In this document: positions 1 to 12,328 of the stretch, one piece after another
Layout: every line of letters starts with the position of its first letter
Numbering within the stretch: position 1 is the first letter of the stretch
Assembly: GCF_009914755.1 (NCBI RefSeq)
Contig: NC_060929.1
DNA length: 64,000 bases
Source: the human T2T-CHM13v2.0 reference genome, Homo sapiens
Reading direction: 5' to 3' (one strand)
The notes under the pieces: generated by a model
What the model was told of the DNA's origin: nothing
The model's input: the letters and a program-made list of their open reading frames with translations, nothing else
Database searches by the model: none
Position numbers and translations under genes: made by a program

Positions 1-397
1 ACACTGGGTAATACTCACACGGCCCATTACAGTCTAACATTTGGTGTCAAGTGCTGTGTTGTGGCACAGTCTGGGCCATCTTCATGTCAATCTCAAATAA
101 TCAAGACTGTATCTTGGAAACATGCTAGAAAAACCCTTTAAGGTTCTGCAGCCATTACTTGTTCTAAATTATTTTAAAGAGATACAATAAATCTTTTTGC
201 TCATATTTTATATGTTTTTTAAAATAGTATATGAATTCATTTTCTTGCAAAAGATTTGAAAAATAGGGAAATATAAAAGTAAACCATAGAAGTTGCCTTC
301 ACACTTTCATCTCACTCCCACCCCCCTGACAAGCCCTGTTAACTATTTATTGTGTTTCCCTGAAGTAATCTAACTCACTAGGTTCAAGTTAGATCCA

Positions 398-873
398 TGC
401 ATTTGTTTCCTGTGGGTGCTGTAACAAATCATCATAAATTCAATGGCTTAAAGCAACAGAAAAGTATTCCCTCACAGTTCTAGAGGGCAGAAGTCCAAAA
501 TCAGTATCACTGGGCCAAAATCAAGGTGTTAGCAGGGCCATTCTCCCTCCAGAGGCTCCAAAGGAGAATCCATTCATTGCACCTTCGGCCACTGGCAGCT
601 GCCAACAATCCTTGGTTTGTGGCCACATCACTCCCCTCTCTGCCTCCATGGTCACATTGCCTTCCCCTCTCCTGCATGTGTCAGATCTTCTGCTTCCTAC
701 TTAGAAGGATCGCAATGTGGTGACATGTAGGGCCCACTGGATAATTCAGGATCATTTCTCCACCTGGAGATTCTTCATTACACCTGCAATGACACTTTTT
801 CAGTATGTCATAACATTTACAGGTTCCAGAGATTTGAATCTGGTATCTTCAGGGGCTATTATTCAGCCCACTC
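398..873 (-). mobile_element. MaLR solo LTR, MLT1 family (MLT1D-like)
   Basis: Typical reverse MLT1 text: 'gctgtaacaaat...ggcttaaagcaacagaaa...ctcacagttctagagggcagaagtccaaaatc...ccattctccctccagaggctc'. Confidence 0.8.
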
Positions 874-1164
874 CAGTAATTTGTTTTGTTTTTTGAAAAA
901 ACAGTGAAGCCTTCCTTCAAAAATTAATGACAATAATAATAACAAAACTGCTGTCGAGATCATGTTCATGTTACTACAACTGGGAAAAGTTAATATTCTG
1001 ATGAATCTCTAACATCCCTCACCACTTTCCTCTACTTAATTATACTCCCTTTAAGGTCATCTGAAAAAAGTGGGATGTTCTCAGGTAAATATGCAGCTGG
1101 TAATTTAAATTCAGTGCCTCAAGATATTGTTTTTAACCTTCCTTTCTGTCTTCCCTTTCACAAG

Positions 1165-1452
1165 GGTAACTTAACTCCCAGTGCTCCCAGCCCCTTCCAT
1201 CCTGTTGCATCAGTTTCAACTATGGTTGTTCTAGCCTCATTGTCAGAGCACGTGATGAAAGATCATTAGCATCTGATGCAAGGCTGTGCTCCCTCAGTGC
1301 GCTCCAGTTGGCTCCGTGCCCCCATGTGGAAACTGGGCTGCCTGGCGGTGGACCATGTGCCAGTCCCAGGAGCCCCAAAGATTCTGACTTTGAAAGCAAT
1401 CTTCAGGGCTTTACCTGGGAAGCAGAAGAACTCTGGAGAACTCTGTACACAG
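1165..1452 (+). ncRNA. Candidate internal exon of a non-coding transcript
   Basis: Branch-like TTTAAC and pyrimidine tract (cctttctgtcttccctttcacaag) ending at 1164; perfect donor CAG|GTGAGT at 1452/1453; non-repetitive sequence; no frame open across it. Other acceptors (1246, 1296) are possible. Confidence 0.35.
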
Positions 1453-1871
1453 GTGAGTTCACTAGGACGGTGAGCAAAGTAGAGGTAATGTACACTCCAG
1501 GAGGAAGAAAAAACCAAAACAGAAACCCCAGCCTCCACTGACCAACCTTCCTCTCCTGATTTCCCACTGAAAAGGCTGGATTTTCCACAGACAACCTGGA
1601 AGTTCTTGCCTGGGGAATGTACAGTGTAGAGACTTGGCACTTTCATTTTCTCATGTAATTATGCATTGAAAATGAAGCTTAATATTGAGCCGATAAGGAG
1701 AAGTTGAGTTCAAAACTTAACACCTTCCTACATCTTATGCCCTTACTCATCCTGGCTCCATCTCACCAGTATCTATTTTACTTTGGGGAAGGAAGCAGTT
1801 AAATTTCAATATGAAACAACAGCTCCCAGAACTTTCATTACCGCCAGTAATTACTGCTCAGGGAAAGGATA

Positions 1872-1903
<32 letters not shown>
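1872..1903. repeat. (AAT)n microsatellite
   Basis: About 10 perfect AAT units read directly. Confidence 0.95.
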
Positions 1904-1904
<1 letters not shown>

Positions 1905-4154
1905 GCATAACTCCAATTCCCCATAATCTGCCTGCTAGTTCAAGTGGCCAACATAATATTTACAATATATTTTAAGTCAAGCATGAAAAAGTTGAGAATA
2001 CCAACAAACTTTATTATTTGGAGTGCTGACAAAGAACATAATAAAGCAATTAAACACCATGTCAGACCGGGTTCATTACACAAATATGCCCATCCTCCTG
2101 GAGGGCTGTTGGGCAGAATAAGTGAGGTAATGTATCTAGGGTGCTCTGCACAGTGCCTGGCAAGTGGTAAAGCCTTGATAAATAGCAGCTAGTGCTATTC
2201 TTAGCACAACAGTGGGGCCCACATGGAAACTCCACCCAGTAGTAGGCAAAGGGAGGAAAAGATATGGGAAAGAATGCACAGTAAGAGGTGAGGAGGGAGA
2301 GAAAGAGAAGAAGAAAAAGAGAGACCAACAATCAGACAGACAAGTGTCACAAGTTTCCAGCAGGATCACTTCTACCCTGGATGCATAATCCAAAATGACC
2401 ATTTTATCTGATTGTTAATGCCTCCAATTGACCTAAAATTGTTATACTTTTTATTTATGTCAGAAAACATTTTCCAACTGCGGAAATGCAGTTAGCTCTA
2501 TTGATTTTCTTTTCTTTACAAAAAGGAAAGACCCAGGTGATGATTTTTTTCCACTCTTCATCCCTGAGATTCATTTCTGGTTTTATGGTTTCATGGACCA
2601 TTTACCTATCTGGAATATCTGGAAAGTGTGCCTGATTGGGTATAGCTTTCCTTTCCTGGTCAGCAACCAAGACCTCCCTCGATTGCCATAGTGAAATGAG
2701 TGAAATCTGCACCACCACGCCTGCCCTTTCAATGTGCTGTATTAAAATAAATTGATGACGCTCATCACCAATCTTTTGCTGGAGAGAGGGACATCAACAT
2801 TAATATTCTTGTTTGCTTATTTGTGTCCTGTATTGGTCCATGGAGAATTTGAAGAGCTTTTCAACAAGAACACATGCAATACTATTGTAAGTTAGAATAA
2901 AGAATCAGCAGCAACAGGGGCAAAATAAATAAAAATAGAAAGTTGAGACTGAGAAAAGCCCACTGTGACTGAAATTTAGCAGGAGAGAGAAGTATCCAGG
3001 CAGCCTGAGCAGCAACCTGGGAGCCAGGGCCCAGGAGGCCAACCTGGGGATTGGAGAGAAGGAAACAGCAGGAGCCTCTGGAATCATCAGGAAGACTGCA
3101 GGGTGGAGCACACAGAGGGGAGGTCGAAAAGCCTGAGAGTCTAGACAGAGACAGCCAGTGAGCCAGAGATACCCAACTTTGGTCTTGTTATTGCAACTTA
3201 ACTCCGCCCCTCATCCCCCTTTAGTGTGGCCCCAGGGAAATACAGATTACTAGTTTCCAGTCAAGAACTCAGTGCGTAGGGAGCCTGAGATGCTGGTTAA
3301 GGCAGATCCAGATGCTCTTGAGATCAGATCAGCGAGTGGCAAAGTGAGCATCTGCAGGGTCTCCCATGAGCAAAACCAGGAATTTCCTGGAGAAACAGAG
3401 TCTGCTCTAGCATGGCAACAAATGAAGGCTAAGCTTGCAGCATTCTATACCATGGGTCATGGCTCTGATATTCTTGGCATGGAAAATACTAAGTCGCGTC
3501 TTACCAGTCATACAGCAAGGTCACAAAAAAAAGTCTCAGAAATACCCTCATGAGCAACAGCTTCCCAGTGAATCTGCCTGGATGAATTAGCTGCACAGTG
3601 TGTCCCCAGAGGAACTAGATGAAGAAGGCTGCAGCAGGCGGGTACTAGATATGAGGCAATCCATTTTGGAGGACATCTGCCAAAAGAATAATTTTCAATT
3701 TAAGATGGTTAATATTGAATCACTCTTTAAAAAAGAAAAACAATTAGCTAGCAGGACCACCTATGTGCTGTAGGCCCCTCCTGGTCCCTGCCATGAGGCT
3801 ACAGATCAGCAAACTGGAAGGTTTGCAGGTTTGCATTCTCCCATCATCTGTAACCAGGCATCCGGGTGACTGCAAAGAAGTTTCTAATCATTAAAATATG
3901 ACTTTGCAAATAGGTGACCGTGGCAAGGCACAAATCACAAATTTATCCAATTTCTTAGCAATCTATTCTGGCTTGGATAACCCTACTTCTTACAGAACTA
4001 TGAATTTACCAGGATTCCTATCACATCTGAATTAATAGCATAATGATTTTTGAGTGCTATGAACCTTCCAATTGCCTCTTCTGATTAAAAAACTGTGTGG
4101 GAGGAATCCACTAGGGTACCTCTTCCCCAGTGTCCTTGTCCTTCATTATCTCAG

Positions 4155-4570
4155 GATAAGTAGAATAATGGCCCCCCAAACATATCCACATCCTAACCCC
4201 TGGAACATATGCGTATGTTAGGTTACATGGCCAGAGGGAATTCAAGGTGCAAGTGAAATTAAGTCGTTAATCAACTGATTTTGAAATGGGACATTATCTG
4301 GGGTTTTCTCAGTGGGCCTAATGTAATGACAGGGTCCTTAAAAGTGGAAGAAGGAGGCAGGAAAGTCAGAACCAGAGAGATGGCATTGCCAGAAAGACTC
4401 AACTAGCCTTTGCTGGCTTTGATGATGGCAGGGAGCCTCTAGAAATCAGAAAAGGCAAGAAAACAGATTCTCCCGTAGAGTCTCCAGAAAGGAACTCAGC
4501 TCTGCCAACACAGTGCTGATTTTAGCTCAATTTCTAATTTCTCACTGTAAAATAGTAAATTACTACCTTA
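4155..4570 (+). mobile_element. MaLR solo LTR, MLT1D-like
   Basis: 'agaataatggcccccc...tccacatcctaacccctggaac...gggtccttaaaagtggaagaaggaggcag...aacagattctccc.tagag.ctccagaaagg'. Confidence 0.8.
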
Positions 4571-4640
4571 CTAGTATGCTATTTCTCCCAAACTGCAACT
4601 CATACATAACCGGAGAGTTCACCTCTCTCTTCCCAGATGG

Positions 4641-4814
4641 CAGTGGTTCTCCAACCTTGGCTGCACATTGGAATTCCTTGGGAATCTTTCAAAACACTGA
4701 ATCCTGGGGCCCAGATCCAGAAAGTCTGGCTTAATTGTTCTGGAGACTGCCCCAAAATTCGGAATTTTAAAAGCTCCCCTGACAATTGTAACGTGCAGGT
4801 GAGTTTGAGCACTG
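4641..4814. mobile_element. MER5 family hAT-Charlie MITE
   Basis: Starts cagtggttctc and ends gagcactg; internal 'tttaaaagctcccctgacaattgtaacgtgcag' is typical of MER5. Confidence 0.75.
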
Positions 4815-5050
4815 TCATTAACTCCTCAGTGTCTCGACAGTTTTTAGTCTCATGCTCTTCAGGCCATAACTGTTTCCTATCAAAGGCTGATGAAAGAACA
4901 ATAAAAGATATAAAATGACATATAATTGTTGACAGATTTCTTTCCATAACAATGAGGGCATAACCATGATCGACAGTGGAGAAACCGTACTTGAATCTTG
5001 TTTGTTTCTCATATAAAATGTTGGCACAGGACATTGGGTCCCTAAAGCTC

Positions 5051-5699
5051 TACATTGATCAGAGTTTACTTGCAAAGAACTGAATCCACTGTAGCTTGTT
5101 TAAGCAAGAAAAATATTTATTATAGGATATTAAATGGCTTACTGAATCATTGAGAGAGTTAAAGAAATAGCCTCCAAGCCATGCTTTCAGGAACAAAAGC
5201 CACAAGGTATAAATGGTTACCTTGGAGCTTCTACCTCTTGTGTGGTGTGATCAGGAAGCAGCTGGCTCTGGAATCATACTACCCCCACTACGATGGGGAA
5301 GCTGCAACAATGCAAAAGCTGCCATGTCAGAAAGTCACACCTGCCTGCCGTGACACACACTAGCAGAAGGAATGCCCATGGCGAGCTTCTTAGCGCTCAT
5401 CAACTTAGTTATCAGACACTGGTATCTACGTTAATGCTGAAAAAAAAATCCCTCCATGACTGTGCTTTCCAGAAAAAAAAAGCCAGAGCAGCAAAAGTAC
5501 AGCTTCCACCTCACTTCTGCTGTCCAGATCTTGTAAAAATATGTTTAACTGGCTCAACTTAAATGGCATTCAAAACCTTAGCTGCAAGAGAGTCTGGGAA
5601 AAATAATTTTTTTTTACTCTCTAACTTTTGTAGTTGAAGAAAATTCTCTAGAAGAAAGCTTGAGTGGATATTGAGCACCAATCCACAATAAATTCCATA
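5051..5699 (-). mobile_element. 3' LTR of the ERV-L provirus
   Basis: Shares blocks with 10483-11116 (gtttaagca, tt.ta.ag.atattaaa..gct.actgaat.attg.gagag, tagaag..aag...agtgga.a.tg). A purine-rich PPT-like tract (minus strand gaaaagccagaggaacag) abuts it near 5702-5720. Confidence 0.7.
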
Positions 5700-6339
5700 G
5701 ACTGTTCCTCTGGCTTTTCAACATACATGCTTACTTTCTGCCTGTATTCAAAGTTCCTAACTGTCCCTTGTACCAAAAAAAAAAAAAAAAGCACTCACTT
5801 CCCTTCAAAAGGAGAGACCCAAAGTCCTCTAAGTCTCTGCATCTATCTTTGGGTGATACTCATTTCTTCTCTAGCTCAGTCACAACCCCACCATAAATCC
5901 CATTTATATGATATTCTGTAAGATATAATCTCATAAAGTTAACCAACATCAGTAGGCCATTTATAAAATTGTGAGGATGAGGGAAAGGAGAAGAGGAAAA
6001 TGGTCAATATATTAAAAATATACATAACAGAGAAAGGAAGAAAATATTGATGTTTATGATAGTTCTAGTTACTGTCACAAGGCTGTAGTTGGCACTTATA
6101 ATTTTTTTCCTCCACAACCCGTTATAAGTTACTTTTGTCTCAGTCAGCCCCATAGCTGGGCCAGGCTACTTATCTGGTGGAGTCACCCAAATCTTGATTC
6201 CTAGTGGCTCTGAGCCCCTGGTAATCCTGATTATACCAGATTTCAGTAGTCTTCCATTAAAAGTTAATATTAAATATGTAAATTAAATATATAATGCTAA
6301 TATAAGGTAACTTTTACCAGTGGGCATGACATTACTTTG

Positions 6340-6520
6340 AGGTGCCCCACAAGATCCCTTGGGTTCCAAAAATACTCTTTCTTAGTCCTGTTATATAACA
6401 GCAATCCTATTTCCCCTTGATAATTGGGATTAATCACCCTGCTGACAGAGTAGTGACCCCTCTTTTGCCTGTTGGTTCATCAACACAATTTCTCCAAAAT
6501 GTTCAATGGCAATCTCAAAT
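6340..6520 (-). pseudogene. ERV-L dUTPase remnant
   Basis: Minus-strand translation HFGEIVLMNQQAKEG then, after a frameshift, VINPNYQGEIGLLLYN; matches the ERV-L dUTPase pattern HFGLL..LNQQAKKG..VIDPDYQGEIGLLLHN. Confidence 0.8.
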
Positions 6521-6524
6521 TCCA

Positions 6525-6655
6525 ATCCAATGAGACAAACTGGCATCATGTGCATCCTGATGTTTTCCATTGAGAAAAACACAACATTGGTTGGGTGGTA
6601 TTCCTGCCAAAAGTGCATCCCCTGAATCTAATTGTGAGGAAACAACCCATCAGAC
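6525..6655 (+). mobile_element. Old L1 (L1MC/L1ME-type) 3' fragment nested in the provirus
   Basis: 'catcatgtgcatcctgatg...gtggtattcctgccaaaagtgcat.c.ctgaatctaattgtgaggaaaca' resembles old L1M 3' ends. Confidence 0.6.
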
Positions 6656-7319
6656 TGGGGAAAGAGGCTTACAGACATTCACAAAACGGGTCAATGTGTC
6701 CAATTTACTTTTCAGCAATTTCTCATCAATACATGGTTATTGTGAACAAACATATAGGTCATGCATATCCTTATATTCTGTGCCCATCCTGTAAGTTCTA
6801 GTCACATACGACTTCTGCACTCTTTCTTGACACCAATATTCCAATCTTTTGCCTTCCAAATTTCTGATTACCAGCTAATCCAGTGCCCATTAGCCATTAC
6901 CAATGAATCTGTGTTGACCTGGACCTCTGAACATCTTTATGTTCAAGCAACATTGACAAGTTCTGCCCATTGAGAGGTTTTCTTTCCCCCACTTCAAGAT
7001 CACCACTGAGTGGTGCTATAATGCTACATCAGTTGACTTCCAACTGACACAAGAATGTCACGCAGGTGCATCCACAAACCAGGATCGAATTTTTTTTCTT
7101 TTTCAGATAACTTATTCATTGGGCCCTCCGAGGAATCTATAGTTGTTGATTAAGGGAGAGGGTGATGCAGCAGGTGATGCCCTAACAGCGTGAGCCTCCC
7201 CTCCCGGCTCAGACAATACACTGTGTCTTCAAGACCATGTAACAGTGAAAAATGAAGAATGAGAAGACCTATTCTTATAGCATAGTTAATCAACTAACAC
7301 CCAGCTCATGAAAAGGAAA

Positions 7320-8810
7320 CCAGGACTGTTTCTCAAAGGGAGAATAGTCAACTGACAAATAGGGCATAGCTTTGCTCCACAACCCCAAGGAACCACACTG
7401 TAATTCTCCTAGAGGGGCTTGCTACAGGTTCCATGCACCATCCTCATCTGATACAGACACTTCAGCCACTATTAGATCAGCTGGGTTATTAGGGCCAAGT
7501 GGTAGCACTGCTTGCTCTGCAGTCTGGACCATCTGAAAAGCCTTTTAATACTCTGGGCCCTACTCCAAGTTGGTAGCCATACAGGTAGCTCAGTAAATGG
7601 GTCCAAGCAGCACATCCAAATGTGGTATGTCTCCAAAAGCCAAAAGAGATCTGCCAAGCTTGTGCCTCTTTCACAGTGGAAGGTGCAGGAACTAGTTTTT
7701 TTTTTTTTTTTTTTGGCGGGTGGGGGAGTCTCGCTCTGTCACCAGGCTGGAGTGCAGTGGTGCAATCTCGGTTTACTGCAATTCTTCTGCCTCAGACTCC
7801 CAAGTAGCTGGGACTACACGTGCGCACCACCATGCCCAGCTAATTTTTGTATTTTTAGTAGAGAAGGGGTTTCACCCTAGTCTTTCACTTTGGATGGGGT
7901 ATCCCAAAATGCTCCAGGCCACTGGTCCTCTATCAGCTTTACTGAGGTGATGGGTCCTTATGTTCCTATGATTTTTTAAATATCCTCTGTCATGTATGCA
8001 TCTTACCAAGAGCACATGCTGCTTCTTTCACCAGGCCAAATAGAATGATGTCATTAATGTAGTGAACCAGCATGATGTTCTATAGCATGGCGTGATGATC
8101 AATGTCCCTGCAAACTAAAAATGTGACTGAGAACCTGACAGCTGACACAGCTCAGAGATAAGATAGGGATAATGCACTACATCTCTGTGAAGTAAAAGAC
8201 AACTGATTCTCGTATCTGTACTAACTAGAACAGGAAAAATAGTATTTGCCAAATTTATGGCTCCATACCAGGTTCCAGAAACTATATATTAATCTGACAT
8301 GTGAAACAGCAAAATTGGAGTCACTGTCTGAGAAAGTTTACAGTAATCTACTGTCAATCTCCAAGACCCATAGTTTTTCTGTAAGGACCAAATACGTGAG
8401 TTTAATACAGATACGAGAAGAATCGTCATCCCTGCCTTTCTGTTATTTCCTTGAGGTTGTTGTATTTTTTCTAGGAAGGGGTGGTGTTACCATTTTGATA
8501 GGTGAGGTAGTTGCAGCTTCCACTGGACCCTTGACAGTTAGTAACCTTTAGTCCCCAAAACCATTCTCCAGGTGCTGAAATGTGTACTCCAACTGTGCAT
8601 TCAGGAGTTGAGAAAATAATCACAAGATGACTTCACAAACCCTCTAGGATCACATCACTGAGAGATAAAATCAGACAAGAATTCTACTCGTAACCTCTAG
8701 AGAACCACAGTGATATGTTTGGTCTCAGGGGATTAATGTTAATAAAAATTAGAATTCAATAAGCCCTCAAAAGTCTCGGTTTTTCCCTTTTCCCAATGCA
8801 CAGTTGAGTT
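7320..8810 (-). pseudogene. ERV-L protease / reverse transcriptase remnant
   Basis: Minus strand: TVHWEKGKTETFEGLLNS (protease, about 8750-8805); QKNYGSWRLTVDYCKLSQTVTPI (about 8315-8385); WYGAINLANTIFPV (about 8230-8272); LVHYINDIIL (decayed YIDD, 8041-8070); QAPLGELQCGSLGLWSKAMP..YSPFEKQ (about 7325-7422). Multiple stops and frameshifts. Confidence 0.88.
7696..7877 (-). mobile_element. Truncated Alu (AluS-like) inside ERV pol
   Basis: Poly-T, then gagtctcgctctgtcaccaggctggagtgcagtgg...ctaatttttgtatttttagtagag; internally deleted, with most of the left arm missing. Confidence 0.9.
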
Positions 8811-9049
8811 GTTAAATTGCTACAAGTTTCTTTGAGAAAGGTTAGGAGGAAGATTTACAGTACATTCTCTTAGTAGGATCTCAGGATCCTGGCTTCCTCT
8901 TCATTCAATGGCCCTAGGTTTATAAACTCCTTAGTCTAGAAATTGGGTGAAGTTGGGCCTATGTTTTCCAGATCTACAGTATTTTTTATTAAATTGATCC
9001 TGATAGACTGGCCATCTACTCATTCCTAGAAACTCAATGACCAATTAAC

Positions 9050-10400
9050 TTATAACAAAGGTCAGCTTGCCACTCCCATCCTGTTGCCAGTAGCTGTTTC
9101 CACCCTGCTTCTGGCATTCAAGAATTTCTACTTGGCCTCTGCCACTCCAGCATCTCAACACACCCTTTAATATCAAAATGCCCATTTCAATAGCAGCATT
9201 TTCTACCTTCACTCCTGGCCTACAGAGGACTTCACTGCAATACTTTTCAAGAATTTGTTTCTCACAATTGTGTTCTCAATGCCTTGGTGAAAAGAGCATC
9301 CTTGGCAAGTGACTGGGTCATACACAAAATATCCATTCCAATAGTTCTTCCTCCTAAATGTTTGGATCTCTTCCCCTATGCTATATCATGAATTTCTGAC
9401 ACCTCAATTTCCTTGCAAGTATGCCACCTTGGGGTCCTGTTTCCAGTCAATCAGACAGACCAAGTTACAACCATTCCCATCTTTATCAACGAGAACAATG
9501 AACTTATACCAATAAATCAAGCCAGATTTGAAAGTTTGCGTCTTCCTCTGTGGCCTAGATTCTTCTAATCCACTCCCACACCTATTCCCCAGGTTTTTGC
9601 TGATATAAAATGGGCAAAATCTTGCAGTTCTTTGAGTGTGTAAACTTTTGCTTCTTAAGATAGGCATTGTCCTTTCGGAGTGTGCTGGGGTTTGACTCTA
9701 ATTATAGGTCTAGAGCAATGAATGGTGGGAGATGAGAACAGGAAGAAATCTTGCAGCCCCTTGCGTGGAAACCACTTCAGCAAGACCATTCCAGAGTCTC
9801 TAAGGAAGGACAGACCAGCCTCATCACGCAGAGGAGGAGAAGATGTGTCTACTGACAAGGGAAGTTTGATGGAATTCGGAGGACTTGTATACTCAGGTTC
9901 AGTTGAACTCGCCCAAATGGCTCCATTTCACTCCTTAGGGTCTCACCCCTTCCCAATCAATACCCAAACTTTCATGTAAGTGACCTAGTGATGCTGTGAG
10001 TTCAGACCATCTTTCATCATCAGCCCACAGGATCAAACTGCATGTGACGATAGAATGCATCAGCCCTGTGGCTACATGAAATAAATGATTCTTCTAGAAA
10101 GTCATAGAAGCTCCCTGGTCCTCAGATCATGCCTCATACTAAAAACTTTAAAATTCTTAGCATATAGTTTTCTTCTTAAAGCTCTCCAGTGCAGGCAGAG
10201 ACAGCCATCCAAATCCACAGTCCATGTTTTCCTCATTTTCTCCATAATGATTAGCAGGCACTCAGTCCACTAAAGCCTTGTCTTCACTGGGCACTTCATT
10301 CCAAGTGACCAGTGGGTGATATTTTAAGTAACTATTTTGCCACTGTCAAGCACTGCAAGCATTCCATATTCTAATGCTAACCTCATCATTGTTCCTTTCA
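9050..10400 (-). pseudogene. ERV-L gag remnant
   Basis: ORF 9655..9858(-) contains SRPIIRVKPQHTPKG, resembling ERV-L gag SRPITRLKSQQAPRG; lies between the PBS and protease. Boundaries are approximate. Confidence 0.65.
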
Positions 10401-10462
10401 AACCCAATCAGGTCAGAAAACACAAATCCAGGTTTCCAGTTTCTTTAGAGTATGTTGTCTGT

Positions 10463-10478
10463 AACCCTCCTGGCACCA
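10463..10478 (-). other. Primer binding site, tRNA-Leu type
   Basis: Minus strand TGGTGCCAGGAGGGTT immediately inside the 5' LTR, similar to the ERV-L PBS TGGTACCAGGAGTGG. Confidence 0.7.
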
Positions 10479-10482
10479 GTAA

Positions 10483-11116
10483 CAGTCATAGTCAGGGTCC
10501 TATTGCAGAGAACTTAAGCCATTCTAGCAAGTTTAAGCATGAAGGGATTATAGAGCATTAAAAAGCTCACTGAATTATTGGGAGAGCCAAGAAAACAGAC
10601 TAAGCTTGAGATTTCAGAAATGACTCCCAATGTCACGTTGTAGAATTGGGTCACAAGGAAGCTCTTGGGTCACCCAAGATTAGGAAACCACCACGTCCTA
10701 AACCATAGACTGCCAAAGTCAGGAAGCCACCATAGTGTGGAAGCTTTCATGGACAGAAACTGCCTCCACGTCATAGCAGACATGCTTTAATCCTCACCTG
10801 CAGAAGGAGATCTCTGTGACTCACCTCTTGACATGAACAAACTTCTGCTAACACTGCCATAGAAAATGCAAATGCCTCCACAAGCAATTCCAAAAGAAAA
10901 AGCAGACACAGAAAAAGCATGGCTTCTGCCTCATTTCTGCCTTCCTCACCTTGCACCAGTGCAACATAATGGCTGGATTTAAATCACATCCAGAATCCTG
11001 AGGGCGGGGGTGTGCAGGAAATGTGGTGTTTGGTTCTCCAGCCTCGGCAGTGCAGGAAGGCATATTAGAAGGCAAGTGAAGTGGACACTGGGGGCAGATC
11101 TACTAAACCCATCACA
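10483..11116 (-). mobile_element. 5' LTR of the ERV-L provirus
   Basis: Begins TGTGATGG on the minus strand at 11116; homologous blocks with 5051-5699; followed by the PBS. Confidence 0.7.
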
Positions 11117-12007
11117 AGCGCCAAATACTGAGTTCTAGTCTTAAGCTCCGACAAAGAACCCACGTAGATGTAACTCTGTTTGCAATCAATGTGTCCACAG
11201 CTTATATCTCTTTATATTCCCCACATAACTGGTATAATCCCTTGACAGTTACATGTAAATTGTAAGTTCCAATTGATTGCATGATTGGTTTAGAATATGT
11301 TATAACAAGAAAGCCTTTTTTTTTCTGACTATTGACAGGATCCCAGAGGGGCTTCCGAATCATCTAAGTAACAGTAAATTATATTTGGTAGCATCACAGT
11401 TTGAAGTACACTGTGCAATATACTCATTTCTGGAAACTGATATAGGGAACAAAAACATCCCTTTTTTCCATTCACTTCAGAAAACAGAGAGTTTACTGTC
11501 TTAAGGAAAGGCACTTTCATGGCCTCTTGCCTTGAAGTCAATAATGTGCTATACCCAAGAGTCCCAGTGGGGACGAACAGTCTATCTTCTCCAAGATACC
11601 CTTTCTTATCTTGCATTCAGCTGTCTTGAAACTCCTAAGTCTCTGGAGTAATCATTCTGCCTAAGACAGAGTACATCTTTGTGAGTATTTCCCAGAGGAA
11701 AAAATGACCCAGAGAACTATGGCCCCCTCCTTCAAAGTCTGCTCTGAGCACCAAAATCTATTTGGATTATTTAAGTATCCAATTCACACAGTGTGCCAAG
11801 TATTGGGCAGAATCTACACCTTGCACAGCCCAGCTGCCTGCTCAGAATTTGGGAGATCAAAGGTCATCCTGTTCATCCCCCTGCCTTCAGTCAGGACTAT
11901 GCCAAATCATTTCTAGCCAACAAGAAACCAATTGTGACTTGGGAATAACATGAGACACTAAATAGCCATTTTCTTCTCCTTAAACCAAGTATCCCTTGTT
12001 AGTTTCT

Positions 12008-12328
12008 TTCTTTTCTTTTCTTTCCTTTTTTTTTTTTTTTTTTTTGAGACAGAGTCTCACTCTGTCACCCAGGCTGGAGTGCAGTGGTGCAATCTTGGCT
12101 CACTGCAACCTCCACCCCCTGAGGTTTAAGCAGTTCTCCTGCCTCGGCCTCCCCAGGAGCTGGGATTACAGGTATGTGCCACCACGCCCGGCTAATTTTT
12201 GTATTTTTAGTAGAGATGGGGTTCCACCATGTTGCCCAGGCTGGTCTTGAATTCCTGACCTCAGGTGATCTGCCTGCCTTGGCCTACCAAAGTGCTGGGA
12301 TTAAATACGTGAGCCACCACACCTGGCC
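12008..12328 (-). mobile_element. Alu (AluS)
   Basis: Full-length reverse Alu with TSD ccttgttagtttct on both sides. Confidence 0.95.

Larger units (their letters stand above)
5051..11116 (-). mobile_element. Decayed ERV-L-class endogenous retrovirus, two-LTR provirus
   Basis: Two related diverged LTRs (about 5051-5699 and 10483-11116). Flanks agctc (5046-5050) and agcgc (11117-11121) fit a 5-bp TSD with one mismatch. The minus strand holds PBS, gag, protease, RT and dUTPase remnants in ERV-L order. Confidence 0.85.

Noticed and set aside
1165-1452. Possible pseudogenised coding exon (96 codons, one stop in phase 0)
   Set aside because: The translation resembles no protein I recognise, and one stop in 96 codons can occur by chance.
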